From Myxococcota bacterium (GTDB lineage: Bacteria; Myxococcota; UBA727; JAHDBA01): a DNA stretch of 44,060 nt. Both the position numbers and the translations under genes were made by a program. Below, one piece after another: positions 29,331-38,127 of this stretch. Under the pieces are notes generated by a model that was not told the DNA's origin, made no database searches, and worked only from the letters and a program-made list of their open reading frames with translations. Where the stretch lies: the NCBI GenBank assembly GCA_020627505.1, contig JAHDGS010000001.1, forward strand, positions 55,659-99,718, given 5' to 3'. Each line of letters opens with the position of its first letter. Positions within the stretch are counted from its first letter, which is position 1.

Positions 29331-30916
29331 CGCATAGTACAAGAACATTTCGACTTCAACTCAGAACGGTTGTTCTACTTATTATGATGATGACACTGCT
29401 TCTACCGATTGGTGGCATTATGTTTTTTCGATTATATGAGAATGAAATTGTGCGTCAGACGGAACGAGAGCTGGTGGCACAGGCCGCATTCATATCATCA
29501 TTTTTATTAAATGCGACAGATCATAGTCAGTTAGAGAAACGGTCCGTCAGTCCAAAATGGCCAGGACTGAAAGACCCGAATGGTCGTTTCCAGCCACTTG
29601 AGTTTCATACAGATATTACGAAAGAGTATATTCGGGGGCCGCGGCCAGAGCCGCAACAACGAGACATCCCCCCAAAACCGGAAGCCCTTTTGTTTGGAGA
29701 CTATGTTTCTGATTTTTTGGAGACAGCCAAAAAAACAACGCTGGCAGGGATGAAAGTCCTTGATGCCAATGGTATCCAACTCAATCGAGGTGCAGGTCAC
29801 GGGCAATCTTTTGCCCACATTCATGAAGTCGCACAGGCGCAAAATGGTATACCAGAGATCGTCTTGCGCGCTCGAGAATATGACTCTCCATTTCCACGGC
29901 TTTCATCTCTGAGCCGTGGTTCAGGTATTCGTATGTTTCTGGCCTATCCAGTGATTAAAGATCAAAAATTGTTTGGTATTGTTTATCTGTCTCGAACACC
30001 AAAGCGGCCTTTTAAGCAGCTCTATATCGATCGATATCAGCTATTGGTTTTTCTTTTATCAATTGTCGGTTGTGCCGTACTCATCGGTCTCTTTATCTCA
30101 TTTATGTTGACGCAACCACTCAAGAAGCTTGCACACAAAGCGGCTGACTACGCCCAAAACCCGCAGCAACATCAAGCCCATATTGCCCGGCCAATGACAC
30201 ATGAGATTGCCAATGTCGATGATGCCCTTGATTCGATGGCACAAAAATTGGCAGCACGAATGGCGGCTCTTGATCGTTTTGCGGGATATGTTTCTCACGA
30301 GCTCAAAAATCCGATTGCGGCCATTAAAGGATCGCTTGAACTCATCACTGATGATGATGATATGTCTGTCGAGCAGCGCCACAAGTTTGTGAACAACGCA
30401 TTTGAAAGCGCTTCTCACCTTGAACAAATTCTTTCAAGACTTGTTGAACTGACAAGGCTTGAAAATGAGCATCATAGCCACGCTAAAATATCCCTCTCTC
30501 GACTCCGTGAACTGACTGGCGAAATTGTAAAAGAATCGGCGCCACTTCAGCTGACCTGGCCCGATGAGTTGGATATCGAAGACATCCATATATCTGAACC
30601 TGCCTGGCATCATATTATACATAACCTGTTTAGTAATAGTGTAAAGCATCAGGCACAACATGTCGTATTCTCAATCAAACAACAGTCTTCAACGATTGTT
30701 TTGACCTACCATGATGATGGAACAGGAATTTCTCACGGAAATCTAGACAAAGTCTTTCAGCCATTCTTTACCCTGCACAAATCCTCAGGCGGAACAGGAC
30801 TTGGATTGACATTCGTGAAAACCTTACTTGAACAAAGAGAAGCCACAATCGAACCTGTCTTTTCAGATTCTGGCGCTCAATTTGTCATCACAATACCTTT
30901 TGGTCGAAACGAATAG
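29327..30916 (+). CDS. Sensor histidine kinase, CreC-like
   Basis: Two TM helices, HAMP, SHELKNP, N-box NLFSNS.KH, DDGTGI, GGTGLGL; ATGA overlap with the regulator. Confidence 0.93.
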   Translation: MTHSTRTFRLQLRTVVLLIMMMTLLLPIGGIMFFRLYENEIVRQTERELVAQAAFISSFLLNATDHSQLEKRSVSPKWPGLKDPNGRFQPLEFHTDITKEYIRGPRPEPQQRDIPPKPEALLFGDYVSDFLETAKKTTLAGMKVLDANGIQLNRGAGHGQSFAHIHEVAQAQNGIPEIVLRAREYDSPFPRLSSLSRGSGIRMFLAYPVIKDQKLFGIVYLSRTPKRPFKQLYIDRYQLLVFLLSIVGCAVLIGLFISFMLTQPLKKLAHKAADYAQNPQQHQAHIARPMTHEIANVDDALDSMAQKLAARMAALDRFAGYVSHELKNPIAAIKGSLELITDDDDMSVEQRHKFVNNAFESASHLEQILSRLVELTRLENEHHSHAKISLSRLRELTGEIVKESAPLQLTWPDELDIEDIHISEPAWHHIIHNLFSNSVKHQAQHVVFSIKQQSSTIVLTYHDDGTGISHGNLDKVFQPFFTLHKSSGGTGLGLTFVKTLLEQREATIEPVFSDSGAQFVITIPFGRNE

Positions 30917-30963
30917 GTGCTTGTCATCTTTGAGATAACGACAACAGTGCGTGCAACATCAAA

Positions 30964-31002
30964 TGTGCAAAAGTTGTGACATTTGCGTAGCACTTTTGTG
31001 CA
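30964..31002 (+). promoter_or_regulatory. Candidate response-regulator direct repeats upstream of creD
   Basis: TGTG at 30964, 30975 and 30997 (11-bp phase), typical spacing for OmpR-family sites. Confidence 0.35.
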
Positions 31003-31055
31003 TAGGCGTTTAGTTCATCAATCTACCGTTATGATGATCTCGAAAAGGAGATCGT

Positions 31056-32582
31056 ATGAGCAATACAAAAGATAATGAAAAACAACAAAGTGACTGGACA
31101 TTCGGAGAACAAATCGATGATGCTTCCGTATCGACGCATTCGAAAGAGGATGCAGTGAAACAAAAATATACTCGACTACCGGCTCATCACAGTGAACCTT
31201 CTTTTTGGAAAAGACACCAACGCGCGCTGAAGTTATGCCCACTGGTTATTCTTTTACTCCTATCAAATATTCCACTTTCAATGGTATACAACTTAGCCAT
31301 TGAGCGTCTTGACTATCGTGCAGAAGCGACACGAACGACTGTGAAAGCATGGGGGAACTCAGGTCGAACCTCTGGTCCCATTTTACAGATACCAGTGGAA
31401 CGGACCATTCAAGTCAAAAATGACGATAAGTGGGAAGACAAAAAAGTTGAAGAGATTGTTTTTATTATGCCAAATGAACTTTCTGTCACAGCTGATGCTG
31501 AACATCATACACGGCAGAAAGGAATATATGATGTCTTACTTGGTGATATCGAAACAAAAATGGAAGGCCATATATCTAAGACACGTTTAGAATCTATTTT
31601 AAAGGAGACGAATGTTCGACCGCTTCTTCAGAAAGCAAGCCTTATCGTTGCCATACCCGAAACATCTGGCATCAAAGCAGCAACGCTTAACTGGCAAGGT
31701 GAACAACCTGTGGTCAGACCCATATCAAATTTACCACTATTCGAGAATGAGCGAGGAACCGGTCTCGTGATTGAGCTGTCGCAAAATATTTATCAAATGA
31801 TCGAAGATGAAAACTACACAGGGACTTTTTCAGTCTCGCTTAAATTAGCGGCAACTGATCATTTTAAAATGCCGATTTCTGCATCATCACATACATTACA
31901 TGTTCGCTCTAATTGGCCGCATCCAAGCTTTTCTGGGGCCTATCTACCTGATGAACGTGAGATTTCTGAGCAGGGTTTTACCGCTCACTTTACAACAAAT
32001 GCGCTACAAAGTGGTCTAACGCATGTGTTGACGCATCGACAACGCTTGGATTCAGAGCAATCTTTTGAGCTCGCCTTTAAAAATCCAACGGATGCTTACG
32101 CACAATTCTTACGCACAACCAAATATGGGATGCTCCTTATCTTACTAACATTTGGCATGTATTTTATTTTCGAATTATTAAGTCGGGAACGTTTGCATAT
32201 TATTCAATATGGACTGGTTGGACTTTCTTTAAGCGTCTTTTTCTTATTATTACTTGGCTTCTCTGAACATGTTGGGTTTGGTTTCGCTTATCTCATTGCA
32301 AGTTGTGCGACCGTTGGCTTGGTGGCGATTTATTTATCTGCCGTATTAAGTAACAAAAAATTTGTTGGCCTTCAATCTGGTTTGATGGGCCTGACATTAT
32401 GGTTCATGCATCACCTGGTTGGTATGGAGCAAGGATCCTTACTCGTCGGTGCACTCGGTGCTTTTGCCACACTGAGTACCATCATGTGGACATCAAGGAA
32501 TATCGACTGGTACAGTCTTGGGAAAACTCAAGAACAACCTCAGCCGATGACAGCGAATACATCTTCACTGAAGGTCTTTTAA
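31056..32582 (+). CDS. creD: Inner membrane protein CreD
   Basis: GPIL.IP, SNWPHPSF.G.YLP..REIS..GF.A, R.TKYG.L.I.LTF, H.IQY.LVGL, LLLGFSEH.GF..AY, R.IDWY. Confidence 0.95.
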   Translation: MSNTKDNEKQQSDWTFGEQIDDASVSTHSKEDAVKQKYTRLPAHHSEPSFWKRHQRALKLCPLVILLLLSNIPLSMVYNLAIERLDYRAEATRTTVKAWGNSGRTSGPILQIPVERTIQVKNDDKWEDKKVEEIVFIMPNELSVTADAEHHTRQKGIYDVLLGDIETKMEGHISKTRLESILKETNVRPLLQKASLIVAIPETSGIKAATLNWQGEQPVVRPISNLPLFENERGTGLVIELSQNIYQMIEDENYTGTFSVSLKLAATDHFKMPISASSHTLHVRSNWPHPSFSGAYLPDEREISEQGFTAHFTTNALQSGLTHVLTHRQRLDSEQSFELAFKNPTDAYAQFLRTTKYGMLLILLTFGMYFIFELLSRERLHIIQYGLVGLSLSVFFLLLLGFSEHVGFGFAYLIASCATVGLVAIYLSAVLSNKKFVGLQSGLMGLTLWFMHHLVGMEQGSLLVGALGAFATLSTIMWTSRNIDWYSLGKTQEQPQPMTANTSSLKVF

Positions 32583-33430
32583 ACTGAAGCTGAAAGTTCA
32601 TTCAATAAATGGGGACCATATTTCATCAATGTGGTCCCCACTTGTACAATTTGGGCACCACATTTCATATGCTTTTTAACATCTAAGGCTGTTTCAACAC
32701 CACCGCAGCCAATCATTTCAATTTCTGGTCTAAGGCGTTTTCTGAGATGACTGACATTGGCCAAGGCAATGGGAAGAATCATGGGTCCGCCTATACCACC
32801 ATGTCCGTCTTTGGGCACAATCACTGATTTTAAGTCTTCATCTAGCCAGAGTGCATTGCCTGGACTATTGATGGCCGTCACAAAAGAGACAGATGAACGA
32901 TTGAGCAGTTCTGTAATTTGATCGAAATGTATTGGGTCAAAATAAGGAGGGAGCTTGACCCCCCAAGGCTTGTCAAAAATGATACCAAGCTGCTTGAGTA
33001 AATATTCAGTTGTTTGAAAATCATATGCCACTTGTGGTTTTCCATCGATATTTGGGCAGGACAAATTGACTTCGATCGCCAGCGCCTTCGAACAATTCGC
33101 ACGATGCGCCACACGTATTAACTCATTGAGAGAAAGTCCTGCGATCGATAATATGATCCGATGTGCGCGCATTGAATTCAGTGTGATGAAGTTAATATAT
33201 GCATCAATTCCAAGATTCGGTAAGCCCATCGAATTAATACTTCCACCAGGTATCTCTGCATACCGTGGCTTTATATTACCCTGACGCGGATGAAGAGTTG
33301 CTGTTTTAGTGACGATCAGTCCTTTCGTGTTCTTTAGAAGTATTGATAGCTCGTCTAACGTTGTGCAATGAACACCGGCCGCATTCATCACATGAGATTT
33401 GAGTTGATGTCCTAGAAAAGTATGTCTCAT
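32579..33430 (-). CDS. pyrD: Dihydroorotate dehydrogenase class 1A (soluble, fumarate-type)
   Basis: MNAAGV.C, R.GN..PRY, GSINSMGLPN.G, EVNLSCPN, GVKLPPYFD, GGIGG...P.ALANV. Confidence 0.93.
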   Translation of the reverse strand: MRHTFLGHQLKSHVMNAAGVHCTTLDELSILLKNTKGLIVTKTATLHPRQGNIKPRYAEIPGGSINSMGLPNLGIDAYINFITLNSMRAHRIILSIAGLSLNELIRVAHRANCSKALAIEVNLSCPNIDGKPQVAYDFQTTEYLLKQLGIIFDKPWGVKLPPYFDPIHFDQITELLNRSSVSFVTAINSPGNALWLDEDLKSVIVPKDGHGGIGGPMILPIALANVSHLRKRLRPEIEMIGCGGVETALDVKKHMKCGAQIVQVGTTLMKYGPHLLNELSASV

Positions 33431-34686
33431 CGAAATTGTCTTTTAGCTTCTTGAATCTGCCGCATATACACACATGCTGTCTCGTAAGGCCTGTCAGCTT
33501 GGCGAATGCCTCGCCCGACAATGCAAAAGTCCGTGCCTTGGCGTATGACATCCTCCGGCGTTCTATATCGCTGACCTGCTTGATCTTGGCCTTGTTCTAT
33601 CTTCACCCCCGGTGTACATATTTGATATTGGCGAGAAAGCCCAACCGGTCTTTGTTGCATAACCACACCGGCACATGACTCGAGCGCTGGCAACATCTCG
33701 ATGATTTTCTTCGTATATGCTTTGTCGATCAAGTTATGTGATGACGACATTTCCCCAAGCACCAGCAGCTCTATTTCGTGGTAGCCACACGCTCGATCAA
33801 GCGCCTCAACGCTCTCACGTCCAGCGATACCGTGACAAATAATAGCATCTGCCCACTTCGTATATTTGTATCGACTTTGTTCGAGTTGTCGAACCATGAT
33901 CGAGCCAATATCAGCGAACTTTCTATCTTCGATCAAATAGAGTTGATACCGGCGTTTGAGTTGATTCAGTTTTGCGATCGTCAGATCATTAAAGTCATGA
34001 ACGACATCAGCATGTATTTTGAATATTTTGACCACTTCAGCCAGTGACTCAATGATATGAAGAAGTTGTGCACTATCTTCGACATCAGCAGAAAATATGA
34101 GCGGCGATTTTGTGACGTCATGGAGCTTTAACTTGTGACTCGGTATTTCTTTAACCGAATTCTGACTGATGTCATCGAGTGTAAATAAGTATTTTAAAGA
34201 GATGTTTTCCTCAGCAAAGCGCGCTTTGACATCGCGATTTCGAATGCAGACCGCGAGCACTTCTTCTACGTATATGCCTTCTGCGCGAAGGTCTGTGATT
34301 GCTTTAAGGGTTGAAGCACCTGTCGTGATCACGTCTTCAATCACTGTGACGTTCGTCGTTGCAGAAGATATTTCTGACGGTTTCAGTAACAGAGAGCTAT
34401 CGCCATATGCTTTTTCTTCTTTTCGGAGAAGCCACATTGGTCGATTCGCGCACTGTGATATCAGGCTTGCTAATGGTAGCGCCCCCCATGGTACACCTAT
34501 TATTGCGTGGGTCGATGTCGATAAACTCATCGCCATCTGAGTTGCAATGCGTTTAAATAAGCGTGGGTGAAAGCTCAGCTCTCTCAGATTTAAATACAAA
34601 TTCGATTGCTGTCCTGATTTTAAAACGAACGTCCCCGTTTTGAGTATCTGCTTCTCTTTTAATTCTAAAATAATATCTTGCATCAT
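33427..34686 (-). CDS. Bifunctional UMP synthase (N-terminal OPRT, C-terminal eukaryote-type OMP decarboxylase)
   Basis: G.FVLKSGQ.S..Y.NLR, RKE.K.YG, VIEDVITTGAS; SADV, K.H.D, EDRKFADIG, WAD, EMSS, TPGV, D..GQ.Y.TP, IVGRGI. Confidence 0.93.
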   Translation of the reverse strand: MMQDIILELKEKQILKTGTFVLKSGQQSNLYLNLRELSFHPRLFKRIATQMAMSLSTSTHAIIGVPWGALPLASLISQCANRPMWLLRKEEKAYGDSSLLLKPSEISSATTNVTVIEDVITTGASTLKAITDLRAEGIYVEEVLAVCIRNRDVKARFAEENISLKYLFTLDDISQNSVKEIPSHKLKLHDVTKSPLIFSADVEDSAQLLHIIESLAEVVKIFKIHADVVHDFNDLTIAKLNQLKRRYQLYLIEDRKFADIGSIMVRQLEQSRYKYTKWADAIICHGIAGRESVEALDRACGYHEIELLVLGEMSSSHNLIDKAYTKKIIEMLPALESCAGVVMQQRPVGLSRQYQICTPGVKIEQGQDQAGQRYRTPEDVIRQGTDFCIVGRGIRQADRPYETACVYMRQIQEAKRQFR

Positions 34687-34744
34687 CTGCCTAGAGGAGA
34701 TGGCATCGAAGCCACCTCCATCAAATGTGATTGTTCGAATACCA

Positions 34745-35641
34745 CTACCATGTCTTTGGTAATTGATTCGAAAGCTGTAAACCTCGCATCAAACGTGTTA
34801 GCCCAATGCCACCACCAGAGCGTGGAACAAAGTCAAGACTGAGAAATTGGTCCATTTCTCGCTCAACCCGCTCCTTAGAGAATTTGCTGTACAATAGTTG
34901 GGCGTACTCACCATTTTCAATCGTATCGAATCCTTGACGCATTTGTTCCGGATCACAGCTGCGCTCAGCGGAGCCGATTGTCTCCATACCATGTACCAAA
35001 ACATCAACCTTCGCCGACATATCAGGTCTCCCATCATATCGCTTCATATTCCAAAACGGATTTGTCTGTTCAGGGAAGTCTCTTAAAAAGAAGACAGGCC
35101 CATTTTTCTCACAAAGCCCTTGTTCATGCTCATTCTCCAACGTGTCCACACCATATCCTTGCGCTATCTCTTGATAAAAGCCGCCAGGAAACGCCGTTTT
35201 GTCTCCCATACCAAGGTGTTCTAGTAACTCGCTTTCAAGAGAAATAAGTTCTTCAACACCACCATGCATTTCAAACTCAAACATTGGAAACATCCAATGG
35301 TGGCGTCCTGCTGTCGGGTTTGGTTCATAGCGATAGCTTGTGGACACGCAATAAAATCCTGGTACATTTTTTTTCGTCAACAATTCCCACTCTAGCCACA
35401 TTTGCCCCGTCTGCGGCAATGGCCACGTCTCCCCTGCATAATCAAATGTTGCGATGGTCTTCGGGTCTTCACATGCGGCCAGAATACTCAAACGGTTTTG
35501 GGTGTGTACTTCTAGAAATCCTTTCTTTTCGAAAAACTGACGCATACGCGACACAGTCCAGTGAAACGGCCGTGGATCAATATGTGGAACCCAGTCATTA
35601 GAAACGCCTGGAACTGCTTTTGGGGTTAACGTATTAAACAT
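34745..35641 (-). CDS. Class IIb aminoacyl-tRNA synthetase paralog (Asn/AspRS catalytic domain only; asparagine synthetase AS-AR-like)
   Basis: 298 aa, no OB-fold; motif 1 MRQFF..KGFLEV.T, LPQTGQMWLE, motif 2 SYR.E....GRH...F.M.EFEM, motif 3 SGGGIG.TRL; AAAGGAG RBS. Confidence 0.88.
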   Translation of the reverse strand: MFNTLTPKAVPGVSNDWVPHIDPRPFHWTVSRMRQFFEKKGFLEVHTQNRLSILAACEDPKTIATFDYAGETWPLPQTGQMWLEWELLTKKNVPGFYCVSTSYRYEPNPTAGRHHWMFPMFEFEMHGGVEELISLESELLEHLGMGDKTAFPGGFYQEIAQGYGVDTLENEHEQGLCEKNGPVFFLRDFPEQTNPFWNMKRYDGRPDMSAKVDVLVHGMETIGSAERSCDPEQMRQGFDTIENGEYAQLLYSKFSKERVEREMDQFLSLDFVPRSGGGIGLTRLMRGLQLSNQLPKTW

Positions 35642-35876
35642 CTTTGACTCCTTTGATGTTGAGGTGAAATAAAGACTGTAAGAATTTGGGCAAAAAAAAG
35701 TCGGCAATCATGCCGACAAATAATTCGAAGCTCGAAACGCCTATCTTGAACGACATCAAGTGATCTGGAACATGCCAAAAAAAAAGCCGGCTAAAATGCC
35801 GGGACAATAGTAGAAACACATCCGCTTTTGGTTGCTGCCAAAACTGCTGATTCGTTATCGAATGTGCGCATGTCAT
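35634..35876 (-). CDS. Putative leader (attenuator) ORF, 80 aa
   Basis: ATG 7 nt after TTGCTG-16-TATTTT; open through two terminators; stop lies just past the downstream ATG. Confidence 0.45.
   Translation of the reverse strand: MTCAHSITNQQFWQQPKADVFLLLSRHFSRLFFWHVPDHLMSFKIGVSSFELFVGMIADFFLPKFLQSLFHLNIKGVKDV
35692..35717 (-). terminator. Leader terminator 2
   Basis: GTCGGCA-TGAT-TGCCGAC then T8 on the minus strand. Confidence 0.8.
35777..35802 (-). terminator. Leader terminator 1
   Basis: CCGGC-ATTTTA-GCCGG, C, then T9 on the minus strand. Confidence 0.7.
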
Positions 35877-35921
35877 GAGCGCAAAATACACGAGTCTGTC
35901 GAAACAGCAAGTCTCCAGGAT

Positions 35922-35972
35922 AAAAAAACGACATGTCCCTAGACCATCACCCGGATGGAAAAGCAACATGTC
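35922..35972 (-). terminator. Probable terminator of the small lipoprotein gene
   Basis: GACATGT...CCATC/GATGG...ACATGTC interrupted stem followed by G and T7. Confidence 0.55.
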
Positions 35973-35989
35973 ATTTTTGAGCTATCAAA

Positions 35990-36181
35990 TTATGATTCGG
36001 CTTCTGCGTCCTCTGCCTCTTCTTCAGCCTCAACACCTCCGTCAAGACCAGCATCGACCTGCTCGCATGCTGGTTGACCATCCATGCCACATTCCTCTTT
36101 ATCTTCACCACATGCGATCGAGATCACAGTCAGAAGTGTCAACAGACCTACTGTCACTAACGCTCTTACATTACCTTTCAT
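35990..36181 (-). CDS. Small acidic lipoprotein (63 aa)
   Basis: GGGAGG RBS; basic n-region, h-region, SIAC lipobox; CGMDGQPAC; own promoter and terminator. Confidence 0.8.
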   Translation of the reverse strand: MKGNVRALVTVGLLTLLTVISIACGEDKEECGMDGQPACEQVDAGLDGGVEAEEEAEDAEAES

Positions 36182-36210
36182 GTTACCTCCCTTTCGGATA
36201 CGAAATATGA

Positions 36211-36226
36211 AGCAGAGAGCATGCCA
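36211..36226 (-). promoter_or_regulatory. Sigma54 (-24/-12) promoter
   Basis: TGGCATG-CTCT-CTGCT with exact GG-N10-GC spacing, 30 nt upstream of ATG. Confidence 0.6.
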
Positions 36227-36367
36227 TTTTTCTTAAACCAAAATATTTCAATGAGTTATAATGTCTGGCATCTTAATTATTCAAGAAATCAGCAGTCACT
36301 GTGACAAATATGTCATGTCTTGGGTTCGACAGAGGACAAGAAAGATCATAGTCGCTACACTACCAGA

Positions 36368-37474
36368 GTGACGAAAATATATTTGGTGACATTTTTATTA
36401 TTGACGACTGCTTGTCATAATCAGACAGCAGCAGATCCGCCTGAACGTCATTCATCTGATGACACATATTATGAGTATATTGTTCCAAATGATGACACAC
36501 TTGATGAAGGCCAGGATGAAGAAGCAGAGGATGTGAATCAGAATCCCGTTGATGAGCCACTTTTTGTGCCTGAAATCGATCCAAGTGATTTCTTGTGCAA
36601 TCGTTTCGGCTACAGTGAGCCTTTACCACGTCCTTCGCTTCGTATTCCAGATACAATACCGACAAATGTCGAAGAACGAAATCAACTGGTGTATGACTTG
36701 ATTCGAGATCGGTTGCCTCAAGCACTCGAAATTCTCGATGGTGCCTTACAAAATACTGCTGAAAATTGTGTGACACGATTTTCAGCTAATATGAATACAC
36801 GCGAAGACCTCGCACGACAAATGCCAACACTTGTGCATGAATGTGGGCACTTTTGGTGGTTCGAAAACTACAGTTCAAGTGACGCTGCCTTCGCTGTCGC
36901 ACCAGGGATTCGCAATACCTGTTCAGGCGGAGGGCCTTCAACCCAATTTGGGCGTTCATTTGCACGCGGCTTGATACGGAATGACGCTGAAGAACCGAAA
37001 TGGCCACCTTGCGCAGGTGCGCAAGTGGATCAATGTGATATTTATGCTGACACTTATCTTGGTGGTGATCCCGCGGATGCAGCAAGCGTCTCATCAGGTG
37101 GGCAAGGCTTCGATTCACTTTTTGAAGAAGTCCTTGAATATGTCAATGGTCTCAGTGCAGGCATTGCCTTTGAAGAATATTTTGGTGATCGACGTATCTC
37201 GATTCGAGATGGCGTCTCAACGACCTTGTGGTATCTTGCTCGTTATCTCAACTATGCAAAAGTCAATGAACCTTCCGTTTATGAATTACTCAGTGAAGAC
37301 CCATGTTGGCGAGAATCGATTTTGATTGTGTGGGCACGTGGAATGTATTTTTTGAATCAAGCAAACAACTTAGATAAACTCAGTATTGTTTCAGAAGATG
37401 TTGAACGGCTCTTAAATCAAGAACATATTCAAGAGGTTTTTTATGAACTCCAGCGAGTCCACGGTTGTCGCTAA
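36368..37474 (+). CDS. Lipoprotein with HExxH motif (zincin-like)
   Basis: TTAC lipobox after GTG 36368; LVHECGH; downstream LFEE..EY. Confidence 0.8.
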   Translation: MTKIYLVTFLLLTTACHNQTAADPPERHSSDDTYYEYIVPNDDTLDEGQDEEAEDVNQNPVDEPLFVPEIDPSDFLCNRFGYSEPLPRPSLRIPDTIPTNVEERNQLVYDLIRDRLPQALEILDGALQNTAENCVTRFSANMNTREDLARQMPTLVHECGHFWWFENYSSSDAAFAVAPGIRNTCSGGGPSTQFGRSFARGLIRNDAEEPKWPPCAGAQVDQCDIYADTYLGGDPADAASVSSGGQGFDSLFEEVLEYVNGLSAGIAFEEYFGDRRISIRDGVSTTLWYLARYLNYAKVNEPSVYELLSEDPCWRESILIVWARGMYFLNQANNLDKLSIVSEDVERLLNQEHIQEVFYELQRVHGCR

Positions 37475-38126
37475 AGCACGACACACATATCTAAAACCAT
37501 TTCGGTCGGCCTTCTTTGAAGTTGACAATCGTTCTCTTTCGGCATTTGATAAGCTTGCGTTGCTCTTTGGCTATAGTATCTCCCCCATTTTTTTGAGTAT
37601 GATATGCATATTGGCTGCATGGTTTATCTGGTTACTAGAGGGCAGTCGCCCAATGTTGCATATTCTCACGGCAACACTTCCGGTGACGATATTTTTTGGA
37701 CTCGGTACGATGATTTATCTCTTTAAGGCACTCAGGAGAATATCGCATATTCGTTTACTTGAAGAAGGTGTGCTGACTGACGGCCATATCGTTGGCAAGC
37801 CAAAAGATATTGTCGATCACGAATCTAAAATCGTCCTTGCAAGAGACTATCAAATTGCGTTTGAAACAACGGAAGGCGATAAAATAACCTTCTTTCAAGA
37901 AACCAAATTAATGGCAGCTGTTGAAGATGAGCCATATGAGGCTGTTCTTTACATGAAAGACAACCCTTATAATGCAGTACTTGCCGACGGACTGATTGAA
38001 GGCCTTTTATTCGATGAAGAAACCAGCAGAATTCGATTTATGAATACCCGTTCACATATCGGAGCCTGTATGAATATCATCTCTATTCTTGGTTATATTG
38101 GGTTCCTGATTTATATTTCTCTTTAA
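37443..38126 (+). CDS. Membrane protein, DUF3592-like
   Basis: Two TM helices, LL..G..T.G.I, Y.I.F.T..G, VLY....P..AV..DGL, C-terminal TM. Confidence 0.75.
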   Translation: MNSSESTVVAKARHTYLKPFRSAFFEVDNRSLSAFDKLALLFGYSISPIFLSMICILAAWFIWLLEGSRPMLHILTATLPVTIFFGLGTMIYLFKALRRISHIRLLEEGVLTDGHIVGKPKDIVDHESKIVLARDYQIAFETTEGDKITFFQETKLMAAVEDEPYEAVLYMKDNPYNAVLADGLIEGLLFDEETSRIRFMNTRSHIGACMNIISILGYIGFLIYISL

Positions 38127-38127
38127 C

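Noticed and set aside
34745-35641. Calling the gene asnS, aspS or epmA
   Set aside because: It has no anticodon-binding domain, so it is not a standard synthetase. It lacks the EpmA TSPE..MKRLL motif and has no efp/epmB neighbour.
35905-35925. PyrR-binding loop (ATCCTGGAGACT on the minus strand)
   Set aside because: Incomplete match to ARUCCNGNGAGGYU, no supporting stem, and it lies upstream of the predicted TSS.
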